This document shows, one piece after another, positions 61,457 through 64,000 of a stretch of DNA of 64,000 nucleotides. Source of the stretch: Tubulanus polymorphus (Eukaryota > Animalia > Nemertea); NCBI RefSeq assembly GCF_964204645.1, contig NC_134031.1, forward strand, positions 8,928,001 to 8,992,000, in the 5' to 3' direction. The notes under the pieces are model-generated. The model did not search any database, was not told the DNA's origin, and saw only the letters and a program-made list of their open reading frames with translations. Each line of letters starts with the position of its first letter. Positions within the stretch are counted from its first letter, which is position 1. The translations under genes and the position numbers were made by a program.

Positions 61457-62647
61457 TTAAGGAATGTAGAAACTGAATCAATGTAAAAACTAGTATTTGT
61501 CAAACATTCATACGCATAAGTCTTTGAAAATAAAGATGAATATGACGACATCCATAAATAAATATAATACAGAATATACAGTTGAGACACGCAGACAATG
61601 TTGATTATACCTCGCTCGTAAGGGGAACGACAGTCATATCAAAGTCAAGCTATGTAAAGAGAAAGATACACATGATGACAGTTAATATATACTTTAACCA
61701 AAATCGACCAAGATTTCCTTGACACAAAATTGTTAAGAATAGCTCTATTGCATTATCAACAGATTAATAATAATAAGAGATATTAAGAAAATTTCTTTAG
61801 AAGTGAGATACTGATTCTTGTACTAGCATGAAGCAAGAGCCATAGTGTCAGCAAAGTCAGAATTAAAATAATCAGGAATCAATAAAAGGTTTAGCAAAAA
61901 CAAGCAGAACTGCTTGTTCAACAATAATCAGCTGAACAGACGAAGCGAAGTTTATGAGTTAGAAATAGGGCTACCCTCCCCCCACATAAAACAATCATAC
62001 CAAGTCACAAGAAAATCAATCAAAACTGAAGACTGTAGAGCGGGAACAACATCGGCACGCCGGTGGTACAGACAGACACAGGCGATGACAATACCTCTCA
62101 CATCTTACGGCCAAGGAGTAGAAATGGCAAAACTGTCAATATTGCATACATCTTTTGACTTAACAAATTAGTCTAAAAATGTTCTGACCACTTAGTATAT
62201 ATAAATATGATACCAACATTTCATCTGCATGCATTTTTGATAATGATGTACATGTATGTCTTGATATTTCTCACAAGCCCATAGGAAATAGGAATAACTG
62301 ATTGTTTATCATAAATAAAAACAGAAAAATTTAGCACGTATATGCTTGATATGTATATGTAGTTCCCGCAAATTACAAGAATCAATTGCAGTCAAGGATC
62401 GAACAGCTGTTTTAGCAACTCAACAAGCACAAGTCACAATTATTTCTTGTCTGAATTAAGCATTCGATACACTTGATATAATCAATAGATATTTAGCTTT
62501 AACATTTTTGAAATGTTGCTCATTACACCTCATTCGTGCCATGTTCAATTTGAGTAATGTTTTCATAGGTCTAAGATTTGTTCAATGATAAAATTCTATG
62601 ATACATAAATGGAACAGCAGAAATGCTGACGATGACATATTGTTTAC

Positions 62648-62740
62648 CTGTTCTTTACTTTGACCAGCTTTTGCTTTTCGCACCTTGTTTTTAGCTGCAT
62701 CGAGATCTAGTCTTTTAGTCTCGAGTATCTTGCGTTCCTT
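62648..62740 (-). CDS. SH3GLB1: Endophilin B coding exon (BAR domain): KERKILETKRLDLDAAKNKVRKAKAGQSKEQ
   Basis: tttgcag/gtaaac boundaries, 93 nt, phase 0; matches endophilin-B1 KERKLLQNKRLDLDAAKTRLKKAK. Confidence 0.93.
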
Positions 62741-64000
62741 CTGCAAATGAAAATTTTGGATCCTTTATTAAAACCCACAACCAATCACTTCATCTATAGT
62801 TAGTAAAGGAACCAGCTCACATTTCTTCTAGTTCAGGCAGATAGGTTGGCTGGTTGGTTGATATTTGTAGACTCTCAGAAAGGGCAGTCTATATTTTTCA
62901 TACCAGAGGGCTGGAAATCCCAAACTATAAAGCTCCAAATCATGGGTTTAATCATCATTCAGGGCTAAATCCGAACATAAATCAACAGGCTCAATTGCAA
63001 AATTGCAATAAAAATGAATTCCTTTCTTTCAAGACTGAAATTTCGGTGGATAAGTACCCTAAAGTTTGCTCCTTTAAGGATGCACTGTGAAACTAGGGGT
63101 CCTGGGACACTATGCCCACTCGGGATATGATTAGAAATGCACAACGATCTAACACTACCAATATTCGATGCCTTCTGGTGAACACAGGAACTAATCACCT
63201 TGAAGCTAACCACAATCATAGATCATGTGTGCTAAAATTTTGCAAATTTATTGTGGAAACAAAATATGCCTCGTACCGATTTAACATGGCAATACTCAGT
63301 TATTCCTCTATTCAATGTCCTCTGGTGTCCCTAAAACTGGGCGATTCCAATTCCCTGCGAGATGTACCCTACCACACGGTGTTGTCGATGCGCTTACTCT
63401 TTGAATCACACTATTAGCACGCAATTCTATCTGACATAGTTCTATGTTACTGTTCAGTTACCAGCTGCAGCAGCAGTCAGAATGTAGTCGGACAAAAAGA
63501 TTCGCACCAGGGCCAACATCGGTTATCGAAGTTAATCGACTGCTTGCGATCTTAGTAGACTTGATCCGCACGATCGCTCTAGGTTGGGCCGTAGTTTTAG
63601 CAGATGGCTGCTAACGTGAAATGTGCTACTACCAAACATGTACCGCGGTTGCATAAAAATTATTCTGATAGAAACCGCGGCTAGTACCAATAGTACGTTT
63701 TTTAGACCCAAGGAATCAACGCGGAGAAGCAAATAAGTAACAGCTGTATCTTCACAAATAACGTTAAAAAAGGTACAATTTTATATATAATCTTCAATAT
63801 CATTCAACTTTTATTAACTCTTCTAGATACAGCACACTCGCATTTATCACAATTTAGATGCAAGAGACGCATTAAAAATCCAAAGCCAGAATATGCATAA
63901 TGTGTATCAGCTGTTTTGGTCTGACATCGTTCATTTTGTGATATTTCTCTTGACCGCATAAACATACCTCAGTTAGGTCTTAATACGACCAGTGAAAGAG

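Overview
AT-rich, repeat-dense animal (probably invertebrate) genomic DNA. The only host gene I can recognise is endophilin B (SH3GLB-type) on the minus strand: four BAR-domain coding exons between 62740 and 40361, including an 18-nt in-frame microexon. Its SH3 exons were not found in the window. The dominant feature is a young, nearly intact Ty3/Gypsy LTR retrotransposon (12151-22414) with 2.3-kb LTRs, a tRNA-Leu PBS, gag, a -1 frameshift signal, PR-RT-RH-IN and an extra 3' ORF that is not env. The best candidate for an undescribed system is that ORF and how it appears to be expressed. A splice donor just after the LTR TATA/Inr splits an AT|G. Joined to a canonical acceptor behind the pol stop, it creates the start codon of a 142-aa protein with a C2H2-like finger, a KKRKR basic motif, an LC8-type TQT motif and an HxH/CxxC tail. 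Unspliced, the same ATG is a start-stop. Joined to an acceptor in front of gag, the ATG is destroyed. The intron carries a triplicated hairpin module, so the layout resembles a complex retrovirus with a regulator and a response element (inference, untested). The rest is nested TE debris: a Penelope-like element with an inverted partial copy, hAT and BEL/Pao relics, Helentron-like (DINE-1/HINE) elements with ~150-bp tandem arrays, piggyBac, Harbinger and hAT-like MITEs, and tRNA-derived SINEs. All alignments and folds were done by eye.
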